A stretch of DNA of 30,463 nucleotides, counting the filler, from Nitrospirae bacterium CG2_30_53_67 (GTDB lineage Bacteria; CG2-30-53-67): assembly GCA_001873285.1 (NCBI GenBank). It is 3 parts of 3 records of this genome, joined end to end, with 100 filler letters (N's around TTAATTAATTAA, not from the genome) between each part and the next. Parts side by side here need not be neighbours in the genome. Positions count along the whole stretch, not along the records: positions 1 to 12,239 come from MNYV01000137.1; 2 more parts are not named here. One strand, given 5' to 3'. The position numbers were made by a program, and so were the translations under genes. Below the pieces are notes generated by a model that was given only the letters and a program-made list of their open reading frames with translations, did not search any database and was not told the origin of the DNA. Below are positions 1 to 8,543 of this stretch, one piece after another (position 1 is the first letter of the stretch; the number at the start of each line of letters is the position of its first letter).

Positions 1-63
1 GTGATCCGGGTTGGTGAAAAAATATCATCTATCATCATAGAACACGCTCGAGGGTAGGAGCCT

Positions 64-1233
64 TTGGAAACAAAAGAGATGAAGATCAATATGGGACCCC
101 AGCACCCCAGTACGCATGGGGTCTTGAGGCTGGTGCTCGACGTGGACGGGGAAAGGGTCGTCAAGGCCGAGCCCAAGGTCGGCTATCTGCACCGCGGTAT
201 TGAGAAGCTCGGTGAGAACGGATCTTTCCAGCAGGTGATCACCCATATTGACCGCCTGGACTATATCTCGGCCATCACCAATGAGTTCGCCTACTGCCGG
301 ACTGTGGAGAAACTGCTCGGGATCACCATTCCTGAACGCGCGGAATATATCCGGACCATTGTGGCCGAGATGCAGAGGCTCTCGTCCCATCTCCTTTGGC
401 TGGCCACCCACGCCCTGGATATCGGGGCCATGACCGTCTTCCTCTATACCTTCCGTGAAAGAGAGACCATCCTCGACCTGTTTGAGGAACTGACCGGCGC
501 GAGGCTGAACAACAACTATATGCGGATCGGCGGGGTCAGCCGTGATCTCTCTTCGTTTTTTATCGAAACCCTGTACAAGTTCTGCGATGAATTTCCCGGC
601 CGGATCAAGGAATACGACACCCTGATTCGGGAGAACCGGATATGGATCGGACGGACCAAGGGCGTGGCCGCGATCTCGGCCGAAGAGGCGGTGAATTACG
701 GGCTCTCCGGGCCTTCGCTCCGAGGCTCCGGGGTCAACTGGGATATTCGGAAGGCCGAGCCTTACGGCGCCTATGACAAGGTCGACTGGGTCGTCCCCCT
801 CGGAGAGAACGGGGACGTCTATGACCGGTATTGGATCCGGGTCGAGGAGATGCATCAGAGCGCTAACATCATCCGTCAATGCCTGGACCGGATCCCAAGC
901 GGTCCGATCCTGGTGGATGACCCCAAGATCGTTCCCCCCTCCAAGGAGAAAATAAACGCTGAGATCGAATCCCTGATCCATCATTTCAAGTTGATGACCG
1001 AGGGGTTTAAGGCGCCGGAGGGGGAGGTCTACTGCGCCACTGAGGTCCCCAAAGGAGAACTGGGTTTTTATATCGTGAGTGACGGGTCATCCAGGCCATA
1101 CCGCATGAAGATCCGGGCCCCTTCCTTTGTCAATCTGGGGGCATTCAACCGTCTGGTCAGCGGTGGGTTCATCGCCGACGTCATTGCCGTGATCGGGACC
1201 ATTGATATCGTGCTGGGGGAATGCGACCGATAA
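64..1233 (+). CDS. nuoD: NADH-quinone oxidoreductase subunit D (copy 1)
   Basis: Motifs NMGPQHPSTHGVLRL, GYLHRGIEK, DRLDY and C-terminal DIVLGECDR. TTG start follows AGGAG (56-60); ATG at 79 is an alternative start. Confidence 0.97.
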   Translation: METKEMKINMGPQHPSTHGVLRLVLDVDGERVVKAEPKVGYLHRGIEKLGENGSFQQVITHIDRLDYISAITNEFAYCRTVEKLLGITIPERAEYIRTIVAEMQRLSSHLLWLATHALDIGAMTVFLYTFRERETILDLFEELTGARLNNNYMRIGGVSRDLSSFFIETLYKFCDEFPGRIKEYDTLIRENRIWIGRTKGVAAISAEEAVNYGLSGPSLRGSGVNWDIRKAEPYGAYDKVDWVVPLGENGDVYDRYWIRVEEMHQSANIIRQCLDRIPSGPILVDDPKIVPPSKEKINAEIESLIHHFKLMTEGFKAPEGEVYCATEVPKGELGFYIVSDGSSRPYRMKIRAPSFVNLGAFNRLVSGGFIADVIAVIGTIDIVLGECDR

Positions 1234-1245
1234 CACGGGCAAGGG

Positions 1246-1276
1246 AATTTCAAATCTCAAATTTCAAATTTGAGAT
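1246..1276. repeat. Short heptamer array (AATTTCA/AATCTCA) containing a near-perfect palindrome
   Basis: AATTTCA AATCTCA AATTTCA AATTTGA GAT; ATCTCAAATTT-C-AAATTTGAGAT at 1254-1276 is an 11-bp inverted repeat. Confidence 0.8.
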
Positions 1277-1296
1277 ATAGAAAACAGAAAACAGGA

Positions 1297-1788
1297 ATGG
1301 GAAACGAAGCATTGGTGAACACGGCCTTCTCGGAAGAAACCCTCAAGCGGATTGAAGAGGTCATGACGCGCTATCCCACGCGGCAGGCCGCGGCGCTGCC
1401 GGTTCTCTACCTCGCGCAAAAGGAATTCGGCTACATCAACGAAGAGGCGCTTTCCGCCGCGGCCCTCGCCCTTCACATTTCCAGGGCCGAGGTCTACGGC
1501 CTGGCCACCTACTACTCCATGTTCAGCACCGGGCCGATGGGCCGGAACGTGATCCACCTCTGCGACAACCTGGCCTGCACCCTGCTCGGCGCCGAGTCTC
1601 TCCGATCCTATCTTGAGAGGAAGCTTGGGATCAAGATGGGGGAGACCACGCCGGACGGCCGGTTCACCTTGAAAAATGCAGAGTGCCTGGGCGCCTGCGG
1701 GCAGGCCCCGGTCATGCTGGTAAATGACGATTTTTATGAGGCCTTAACAGAAAGCACGATTGACGAGGTGCTGGAGAAATACCTATAA
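1297..1788 (+). CDS. nuoE: NADH-quinone oxidoreductase subunit E (copy 1)
   Basis: [2Fe-2S] N1a ligands CDNLAC and CLGAC, plus ATYYSMF. Start moved to ATG 1297 because the ORF-track start lies inside a repeat; GTG 1315 is also possible. Confidence 0.95.
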   Translation: MGNEALVNTAFSEETLKRIEEVMTRYPTRQAAALPVLYLAQKEFGYINEEALSAAALALHISRAEVYGLATYYSMFSTGPMGRNVIHLCDNLACTLLGAESLRSYLERKLGIKMGETTPDGRFTLKNAECLGACGQAPVMLVNDDFYEALTESTIDEVLEKYL

Positions 1789-3051
1789 ATGGAAACCATC
1801 CTTTTGAACCGCATACACCTCGAAAACTCCCGTTCCATCTCCGTCTATATGGCGCATGAAGGCTATGAGGCGCTGAAAAAGGCCCTGTCCATGCCTCCCG
1901 CAGAGGTCGTCAATGAGGTCAAGCGCGCAAATCTCCGGGGACGGGGCGGAGCGGGGTTTCCCGCGGCCATGAAATGGGGATTCGCGGCTGCGGACCCGAA
2001 GAAACCCAAATACCTTCTGTGCAATGCCGACGAAGGGGAGCCCGGTACCTGTAAGGACCGGCAGATTATGGAAGGGGACCCGCATGAACTGATCGAGGGG
2101 ATGATCATCGCCGGGTATGCCTTCGGCGCCGAATACGGCTATATCTACCTCCGGGCCGAGTATCCCCGGCTGGGGGGGATCCTCGATCAGGCGATCTCCG
2201 AGGCAGAGGAAAAAGGTTTCCTGGGAAAAGACATCTGTCATTCAGGGTTTAATTTTACGATCCGGGTCCACCGCGGGGCCGGGGCCTACATCTGCGGGGA
2301 GGAGACCGCCCTGATCGAGTCCCTGGAAGGGAAGCGCGGCCAGTCCCGCATCAAACCCCCCTTCCCGGTCAATGTGGGCGCCTTCGGGCTCCCCACGGTA
2401 ATCAACAATGTGGAAACCCTGGCCAATGTTCCCCACATCATACTCAAAGGGGGGGACTGGTTCGCCGGTATCGGCCCGGCCAAATGTCCGGGAACAAGAA
2501 TCATCTCTCTTTCCGGTCATGTGAACCGTCCGGGGTATTACGAACTCCCCATGGGCGTAAGCTTCCGTGAGGTGATTTATGAACACGGCGGCGGCATCCG
2601 GGACGGAAAGGAGCTCAAGGCCTTCATCCCCGGGGGGGCGTCCTCGCCCTGCCTGACCCCCAATCATCTCAACGTGGGCATGGATTACGACTCCGTATCC
2701 GCGGCCGGGAGCATGCTCGGCTCTTCCGCGCTCATGGTCATGGACCAGGATACCTGCATGGTCAAAGTGGCCGGACGTCTGATGAGGTTTTTTGTCCATG
2801 AATCCTGCGGGAGATGCACCCCGTGCCGTGAAGGAACCGACTGGCTCCTCAGTATCCTGGACCGGATCGAGGCCGGAGGGGGCAAGGAAGGAGACATCGA
2901 ACTCCTGCGCGACATCTGCGACAACATCGCAGGAAAGACCTTCTGCCCCCTGGGGGAGGGAGCGCTCGGACCTGTGCGGGGCACGCTGAAGTATTTTGAG
3001 GAAGAGTACCGGGAGCATATCCGGATCAAGGGATGCACTTTGAAGATTTAA
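1789..3051 (+). CDS. nuoF: NADH-quinone oxidoreductase subunit F (copy 1)
   Basis: LRGRGGAGFP, CNADEGEPGT, GAGAYICGEETALIESLEG, and N3 ligands ESCGRCTPCREG...C. Directly abuts the nuoE stop. Confidence 0.97.
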   Translation: METILLNRIHLENSRSISVYMAHEGYEALKKALSMPPAEVVNEVKRANLRGRGGAGFPAAMKWGFAAADPKKPKYLLCNADEGEPGTCKDRQIMEGDPHELIEGMIIAGYAFGAEYGYIYLRAEYPRLGGILDQAISEAEEKGFLGKDICHSGFNFTIRVHRGAGAYICGEETALIESLEGKRGQSRIKPPFPVNVGAFGLPTVINNVETLANVPHIILKGGDWFAGIGPAKCPGTRIISLSGHVNRPGYYELPMGVSFREVIYEHGGGIRDGKELKAFIPGGASSPCLTPNHLNVGMDYDSVSAAGSMLGSSALMVMDQDTCMVKVAGRLMRFFVHESCGRCTPCREGTDWLLSILDRIEAGGGKEGDIELLRDICDNIAGKTFCPLGEGALGPVRGTLKYFEEEYREHIRIKGCTLKI

Positions 3052-3105
3052 GATTTGAAATTTGAAATTGGAAATTGGAAATTGGAAATTGGAAATTTGA
3101 GATTG
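3043..3105. repeat. Heptamer tandem array, 9 units, consensus GAAATT(G/T)
   Basis: AAGATTT AAGATTT GAAATTT GAAATTG GAAATTG GAAATTG GAAATTG GAAATTT GAGATTG; overlaps the nuoF stop codon. Confidence 0.95.
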
Positions 3106-3118
3106 GGAATCCATTCTT

Positions 3119-5620
3119 ATGATCAAGATCAGAATGAATGATCGTGAATTTGAAGTCGAGCCGGGACTCACGGTGATCCAGGCTGCGGACCGTGTGGGGA
3201 TCTATATCCCGAGGTTTTGTTATCTGGAGAAACTCTCCCCCCTGGGCGGATGCAGGATGTGCCTGATCTCCCTGAAAGGGATCGGAAAACTCCAGACGGC
3301 CTGTACCACGCCCGTCCGAGAAGATATGGTGGTGATCACCGAGTCCGAGGAGATCCGCAAGGCCAGGAGAGCCATGCTGGAGTTCCAACTGCTCAATCAC
3401 CCGCTCGACTGCTTCTACTGCGACAAGGCCACGGAGTGCGACCTTCAGAATCTGACCTATGAGTTCGGGGACATCCGGCGCCGGCATGATTTTCCGAGGC
3501 GAAAGGGGATCATCCTCTATGAAAACCCCCTGATCGAGAGGAATCTTGAGCGCTGCGTGCATTGTGAGCGCTGTATCCGGGCCTGCAAGGAGATCCAGGG
3601 GGCGCATGCCCTGAGCGCCACACGCCGAGGCAGGCGGACCGAGGTCCGCGAAGTCCCCGGAGGAGGGGAGTGCGAGCACTGCGGTCATTGCATTGACGTC
3701 TGCCCGGTCGGCGCCAACCTGGACCGCCTTTTTACCTACGGCGGCCGTCCCGCCCAGATGGAAAAGGGCAAGACGATATGCGCCTACTGCGGATGCGGAT
3801 GCACCCTGACCATGAATACACGGGGGGGAAAGATCATGCGGGTACGGGGAGGCACAGATGAGGGCGTGAACCGGGGGAGCCTCTGCGCCAGAGGGCGGTT
3901 TGGATGGGGCATGGTGCATCACCCGGACCGGCTCACCCGACCGAGGATCAAGAAGCAGGGGAAACTCGTGGAGGTGGACTGGGATGAGGCCCTTCTCTTT
4001 ACGGCCACCCGCCTGCAGAAGATCATCAAGGAAAAGGGCGGCGCTGCGGTGGGAGGCCTGGGGTCAGCCCGAGCCTCGGACGAAGCCAACTACCTGTTCC
4101 AGCGTTTCATGAGGCGAGTGATCGGAAGCAACCATATCGACAGCAGCGCCAGGCTGCATTACACGGCCGGGTTGATCGGACGTCTGAGTCTGAAAACAGA
4201 GGCGCGCGAGGCCGCTCTGGAAGACGTGCGAAATGCCTCAAAGGTATTGATCATCGGCGCAGATCCTGTAGAGACCAACCCGATCCTTGGCTTAGCTGTC
4301 AAAAAGATGCTATGGAAGGGCGGGATCGCGGTGCTTGCAGACCCGAGGATCACACGAACGGGCAGGATCGCAACCCGCCACATCCGGATACGCCCCGGCG
4401 CCGAGGTCCCCCTGATCCTCGGGCTCGGCCTTGAGATCCTGAAAGAACCCTCGCTTTTTAGGTTCAGCAGGGAAGAGGTCATGAGAATCTGCGGTATCCT
4501 CTCCCCGGAGATGGATGAGATCCTCTCCGTCCTGACCGGTCCTGAAACGCAGAAGAGCGTGGTCCTGATGGGCCGGGGGGTGCTGCAGGCCCCCTTCGGG
4601 GCAACCGCCGTTTCCGTGCTCCTCCGGGCCGCCGCCAAGGCCGGAGCGTCTTACCTCTTTACCATGGACCACAACAATGAACGGGGGAGCTGTGAGATGG
4701 GGGCGCTGCCCGACCGCCTTCCCGGCCTGGTTCCGCTTTCGGAGAGAGAGCGGTTTGAAAAGGTCTGGGGGGACCGGATACCGGCTGAGCCCGGTCTTTC
4801 CGCTTATGACATGCTCCATGCCGCCAAAGAGGGGACCCTGAACGCCCTGTACATCATGGGAGAGAACCCCATGTTTGATTTCCCGGATACGAAATTCGTG
4901 GAGGAGGGCTTAAACTCTCTTCAGTTCCTTGTGGTGCAGGATCTTTTCATGACCCGTACGGCCTCCATGGCCGATGTGGTCCTGCCGGCCGCAAGCTTTG
5001 CTGAAAAATCCGGAACGTTCACCAATCTCGAAGGGAGTGTCCAGTCCTTTGCTCCGCTGATCTCTCCCCCAGGGGACGCCATGCCGGACAGCCGGATCAT
5101 CGTGGAGCTTTCACGAAAGATGGGCAAGGGGTTTCCCTTCAAGAGCCTCTCGGAGGTCCGGGATGAGATCCATGCCCTGGTTCCGGTCCAGGGCTGGAAA
5201 AGGAAGATCCCGGTGGATGGAATGGATCTCCCCTATCCCGGCGCTGATGTGAAGTGGGGGCCGGCGGATGATCCCGAATTTCCTTTTCTTCTGCTTGTGA
5301 ACTCTTCCCTGTACCGGAACGGCTCCATGTCCAACCTGGCCGCGGGACTCGTACGCGGCCAGGACAAGGCCGGTGTCTTCCTGAATCCGCTGGACGCAGA
5401 GGAGCTCAAGATCGAGGAAGGGGACAAGATCATCCTGACTTCCCGCCATGGGGAGATTCACGCCGAGGCCGGCCTATGCCATTCGCTCTCCAGGGGGACG
5501 ATTCAGATGCCTGAAGGGTTTGTGAATGCCGGCCCCAAGGGTCTCCTTTCCCATGATCTGGACCCGGTAACCAGGACCCCCATGGGCCGTTATGTGCAGG
5601 CTAAGATAAGGAAGCTATGA
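3119..5620 (+). CDS. nuoG: NuoG, long formate-dehydrogenase-alpha-like form (copy 1)
   Basis: N-terminal 2Fe-2S motif (PRFC...CRMC...TAC), [15 protein letters not shown], two CxxCxxCxxxC motifs, CAYCGCGC...LCARG, a molybdopterin-oxidoreductase-like body ([19 protein letters not shown]), and position between nuoF and nuoH. Confidence 0.92.
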   Translation: MIKIRMNDREFEVEPGLTVIQAADRVGIYIPRFCYLEKLSPLGGCRMCLISLKGIGKLQTACTTPVREDMVVITESEEIRKARRAMLEFQLLNHPLDCFYCDKATECDLQNLTYEFGDIRRRHDFPRRKGIILYENPLIERNLERCVHCERCIRACKEIQGAHALSATRRGRRTEVREVPGGGECEHCGHCIDVCPVGANLDRLFTYGGRPAQMEKGKTICAYCGCGCTLTMNTRGGKIMRVRGGTDEGVNRGSLCARGRFGWGMVHHPDRLTRPRIKKQGKLVEVDWDEALLFTATRLQKIIKEKGGAAVGGLGSARASDEANYLFQRFMRRVIGSNHIDSSARLHYTAGLIGRLSLKTEAREAALEDVRNASKVLIIGADPVETNPILGLAVKKMLWKGGIAVLADPRITRTGRIATRHIRIRPGAEVPLILGLGLEILKEPSLFRFSREEVMRICGILSPEMDEILSVLTGPETQKSVVLMGRGVLQAPFGATAVSVLLRAAAKAGASYLFTMDHNNERGSCEMGALPDRLPGLVPLSERERFEKVWGDRIPAEPGLSAYDMLHAAKEGTLNALYIMGENPMFDFPDTKFVEEGLNSLQFLVVQDLFMTRTASMADVVLPAASFAEKSGTFTNLEGSVQSFAPLISPPGDAMPDSRIIVELSRKMGKGFPFKSLSEVRDEIHALVPVQGWKRKIPVDGMDLPYPGADVKWGPADDPEFPFLLLVNSSLYRNGSMSNLAAGLVRGQDKAGVFLNPLDAEELKIEEGDKIILTSRHGEIHAEAGLCHSLSRGTIQMPEGFVNAGPKGLLSHDLDPVTRTPMGRYVQAKIRKL

Positions 5621-5621
5621 G

Positions 5622-6635
5622 ATGGGATCCGATCTCGTAAAGATGGTCAAGTTTCTCTGGGGATACAGCATCCTTCAGATTGTGATCGTCATGGGGTTTA
5701 CCCTCATTATGGTTCCTTTCTTGACGTGGGTTGAACGGAAGGTCATCGGGCATATGCAGGTCCGTCTGGGACCCATGCGCGTGGGGTTCCACGGTATCCT
5801 GCAGGGAATCGCCGACGGGTTGAAACTCCTGCTCAAGGAGAACATCGTCCCTTCGGGCGCGGACCGGCCGATTTTCATGCTGGCGCCGATCCTATCCCTG
5901 GTCCCGGCCCTGATCGCCTTTTGTGTCATCCCCTTTGACACGTGGTTTTATATCACCGACATCAATATCGCGGTGCTCTATATCCTGGCCGTATCGTCCG
6001 TGGGGACTTACGGGATCATCCTGGCGGGGTGGTCTTCCAACAGCAAGTATGCCCTCCTGGGAGCGCTCCGCTCCGCGGCCCAGGTGATCAGTTACGAACT
6101 CGCCATCGGTATGGCCCTGGTCGGCCCGCTCATGCTCGCGGGGACGTTCAGCTTGGTCGGGATCACCGAGGCCCAGTCAAGACACTGGTTCCTTGTCCCG
6201 CAGATCACGGCCTTCTTCATCTATTATGTGGCTATGCTCGCCGAGACCAACCGCTCCCCCTTTGATCTCCCGGAGGCCGAGACCGAACTGGTGGCCGGGT
6301 TCCACGTGGAGTACAGCGGCATGCGGTTCGCCTATTTTTTCATTGCGGAATATGCCAATATGATGCTCGTCTCCTCCATGGCCACGGTGGTCTTTCTCGG
6401 AGGCTGGAATCCTCCTTTCCAGGACTGGGAGGCCATGCATGTCCTGAAGGTTATTCCCGGGGTCTTCTGGTTCTTCGGGAAGATGATGATGCTCCTTTTT
6501 AGCTTTATCTGGGTGAGGTCCACGTTCCCCCGTTTCAGGTATGACCAACTCATGAGACTGGGGTGGAAATTCCTGATCCCGCTGGCCCTCGCGAACATCG
6601 TTGTCACCGGGATCGTGCTTGCAATTACCGGGTAG
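5622..6635 (+). CDS. nuoH: NADH-quinone oxidoreductase subunit H (copy 1)
   Basis: [60 protein letters not shown]. Confidence 0.97.
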   Translation: MGSDLVKMVKFLWGYSILQIVIVMGFTLIMVPFLTWVERKVIGHMQVRLGPMRVGFHGILQGIADGLKLLLKENIVPSGADRPIFMLAPILSLVPALIAFCVIPFDTWFYITDINIAVLYILAVSSVGTYGIILAGWSSNSKYALLGALRSAAQVISYELAIGMALVGPLMLAGTFSLVGITEAQSRHWFLVPQITAFFIYYVAMLAETNRSPFDLPEAETELVAGFHVEYSGMRFAYFFIAEYANMMLVSSMATVVFLGGWNPPFQDWEAMHVLKVIPGVFWFFGKMMMLLFSFIWVRSTFPRFRYDQLMRLGWKFLIPLALANIVVTGIVLAITG

Positions 6636-6661
6636 TTACTGTATAAAATGGGAGGCTTGAC

Positions 6662-7159
6662 TTGTCCGGAAGGTTGAAAAGATTTATCCGAACCATTACC
6701 TTGATCGATCTCTTGAAGGGATTGGCCCTGACCGGAAGCGTCTGGGTGAGAAGCATCATCACCCCCAGCCGGGTCCTGGTCACTCGGCCTTATCCGGAGG
6801 TGAAACGCCCGGCGTTTCCTGCGTTCAAAGGACACCATGCCCTGCTTCGAGGCGAGGACGGGGCCATCCGATGTGTGGGATGCGGAATCTGCGCCGGCGT
6901 CTGCCCGGCCAAGGCCATCAGTGTCTACACCGAGGAAGGGGATCATCACGAGAAGGTCGTGACCGGCTACGAGATCAATGCCTTCCGGTGCATCTATTGC
7001 GGTCTCTGTCAGGAGGCCTGCCCCAAAGACGCCATCGTCCTGACTCGGCTCTACGAGATGGCCGACTATGACGACCGGGGCCTCTATATATGGAAGATGG
7101 ACAGGCTGCTCAAGGTCGGGGACAAGAAACCGCTGTTCCGAGACCAGATCGATCTTTAA
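6662..7159 (+). CDS. nuoI: NADH-quinone oxidoreductase subunit I
   Basis: Two CxxCxxCxxxCP motifs (CVGCGICAGVCP, CIYCGLCQEACP). TTG start 6 nt after GGAGG (6651-6655). Confidence 0.96.
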   Translation: MSGRLKRFIRTITLIDLLKGLALTGSVWVRSIITPSRVLVTRPYPEVKRPAFPAFKGHHALLRGEDGAIRCVGCGICAGVCPAKAISVYTEEGDHHEKVVTGYEINAFRCIYCGLCQEACPKDAIVLTRLYEMADYDDRGLYIWKMDRLLKVGDKKPLFRDQIDL

Positions 7160-7321
7160 GTGGTCCTGTTCGTAAATATGGTGACGTACCGAGAGGGTCG
7201 TAGGGCGGTCTCATCCCCGCGCGCGACTGAGGCGTACCCCTCTGGTACGCCGCAAGGAGCGGAACGCCGATGAGACCGCCATACGGCACTCGAATGCCAC
7301 CGTATTTACGAATAGGGCCAC
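7160..7321. mobile_element. MITE-like element, 162 bp, imperfect 24-bp terminal inverted repeats, flanked by TAA on both sides
   Basis: Left end GTGGTCCTGTTCGTAAATATGGTG versus reverse complement of the right end GTGGCCCTATTCGTAAATACGGTG. TAA at 7157-7159 and 7322-7324. Nested internal inverted repeats. A shorter homologue lies at 26720-26781. Confidence 0.8.
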
Positions 7322-7334
7322 TAAGGGGGATGGG

Positions 7335-7844
7335 ATGTTCGCCTCGCTCTTTTTTGATTATCTCTTTGTTATGATCCTAACATCGGCTGTGCTGATGATC
7401 ACCCGGAAGCATATCGTGCACGCCGTGCTCTACATGCTGCTGATGTTCTTCCATATTGCCGGGCTCTATATCCTGCTGGAAGCGGAATTCCTGGCCGCGG
7501 TCCAGCTCATCGTTTATGCCGGGGCCATTCTGGTCCTCTATCTCTTTGTGATCATGCTGGTCAACATCAGGAAGCTTGAAACACTCAGGGAGCAGCTTTT
7601 CGGCCATCTCCCCTTTGCCTTGGTGAGTGCGGGCCTCCTCTGCGCCGGCGTGGTCGGCATCCTGATGCAGGAGACCGTGCTCAAAGAGCCTTCTTCCTCG
7701 GTTCAGGCAGCAACTCAAATGAGCAATCCGGAGCTTCTGGGGCAGGCGCTCTATACCCAGTATCTTTTCCCATTCGAAGCGGCGTCCTTGATCCTTCTGG
7801 TTGCCCTGGTGGGAGCGGTCCTGATCGCGAGCAGGAAGATATAG
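7335..7844 (+). CDS. nuoJ: NADH-quinone oxidoreductase subunit J
   Basis: AEFLAAVQLIVYAGAILVLYLFVIML and YLFPFEAASLILLVALVGA; operon position. Confidence 0.96.
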   Translation: MFASLFFDYLFVMILTSAVLMITRKHIVHAVLYMLLMFFHIAGLYILLEAEFLAAVQLIVYAGAILVLYLFVIMLVNIRKLETLREQLFGHLPFALVSAGLLCAGVVGILMQETVLKEPSSSVQAATQMSNPELLGQALYTQYLFPFEAASLILLVALVGAVLIASRKI

Positions 7845-7883
7845 AGCTTATTTTATAAACAGCGACAGAAGTCGTAATCAGTT

Positions 7884-7977
7884 TGTCATTGTCCGGTCCC
7901 CCGATCGGGGTCGGAGGACAGGCCCGACCGGACAATCCAGTATTTTCTGGATTCCCCGATCAAGTCGGGGAATGACA
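7884..7977. repeat. REP-like multi-hairpin palindrome, GTCATT...AATGAC family, with a nested 26-nt hairpin
   Basis: TGTCATTGTCCGG...CCGGACAATCCAG-spacer-CTGGATTCCCCGATCAAGTCGGGGAATGACA; homologues at 13349-13418 and 21679-21727. Confidence 0.9.
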
Positions 7978-8014
7978 TTGTTGATTTATGACGTTCTGTA
8001 TAGAAGGTATGAAC

Positions 8015-8320
8015 ATGACGATCACATTGGAACACTACATTCTCCTGGGGACACTCCTCTTTCTGATCGGAGTGGCCGGTTTCCTGATCCGGAGAAATAT
8101 CTTTCTGATGTTCATGTCCATCGAGTTGATGATGAACGGCGTCAATATCTGTTTTGTCTCCTTTGCCCGGTATTACCATGATATGGCCGGCCAGGTCTTT
8201 GTCCTGTTCGTCATGACCGTGGCCGCAGCCGAGGCCGCCGTGGGGCTGGCCATCATCCTGCTGCTCTACCGGAATCGTGAGACCCTGAATGCGGACGAAT
8301 TTCATCTGATGAAGCATTAG
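8015..8320 (+). CDS. nuoK: NADH-quinone oxidoreductase subunit K
   Basis: RRNIFLMFMSIELMMNGVN and GQVFVLFVMTVAAAEAAVGLAI. Start set at ATG 8015 after GAAGGT; ATG 8009 is an alternative. Confidence 0.96.
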   Translation: MTITLEHYILLGTLLFLIGVAGFLIRRNIFLMFMSIELMMNGVNICFVSFARYYHDMAGQVFVLFVMTVAAAEAAVGLAIILLLYRNRETLNADEFHLMKH

Positions 8321-8366
8321 TGAAAGTACGTGAAAGAGAAGGATACAAGATTCAAGGATGAAGAAC

Positions 8367-8518
8367 AAAGGGGCCAAGGGGCCAAGGGGCCCAGGGTTCC
8401 AGGGGTCGAGTGAAAGGAAGAAAACAAAAGGCTCTGGGGACCCAAGGGTTTGTAAGGTGGTTATTGGTATTTAGGTATTTCACTTGAACCCTTGACCCCT
8501 AGACCCCTCGAATCCTTT
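8367..8518. repeat. Octamer-array inverted repeat element, (CAAGGGGT)n-CGAGTGAAA...TTTCACTTG-(ACCCCTTG)n
   Basis: Left arm 8367-8415 has five octamers plus CGAGTGAAA. Right arm 8478-8518 has TTTCACTTG plus four complementary octamers. Confidence 0.9.
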
Positions 8519-8543
8519 TTAGAGGTTTTTGGAGGAGGAACGC

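Noticed and set aside
1..63. Possible 3' end of nuoC
   Set aside because: Too short, and no NuoC motif is visible in any frame.
1789..3051. NuoEFG as an electron-bifurcating HydABC-type module
   Set aside because: Both NuoF proteins are about 410-420 aa and lack the extra N-terminal 2Fe-2S and C-terminal ferredoxin domains of bifurcating beta subunits.
4130..4165. Selenocysteine formate dehydrogenase
   Set aside because: No in-frame TGA; the equivalent codon is CAT (His).
8367..8518. CRISPR array interpretation of the periodic repeats
   Set aside because: Units are 7-10 nt, tandem and degenerate, with no unique spacers and no cas genes.
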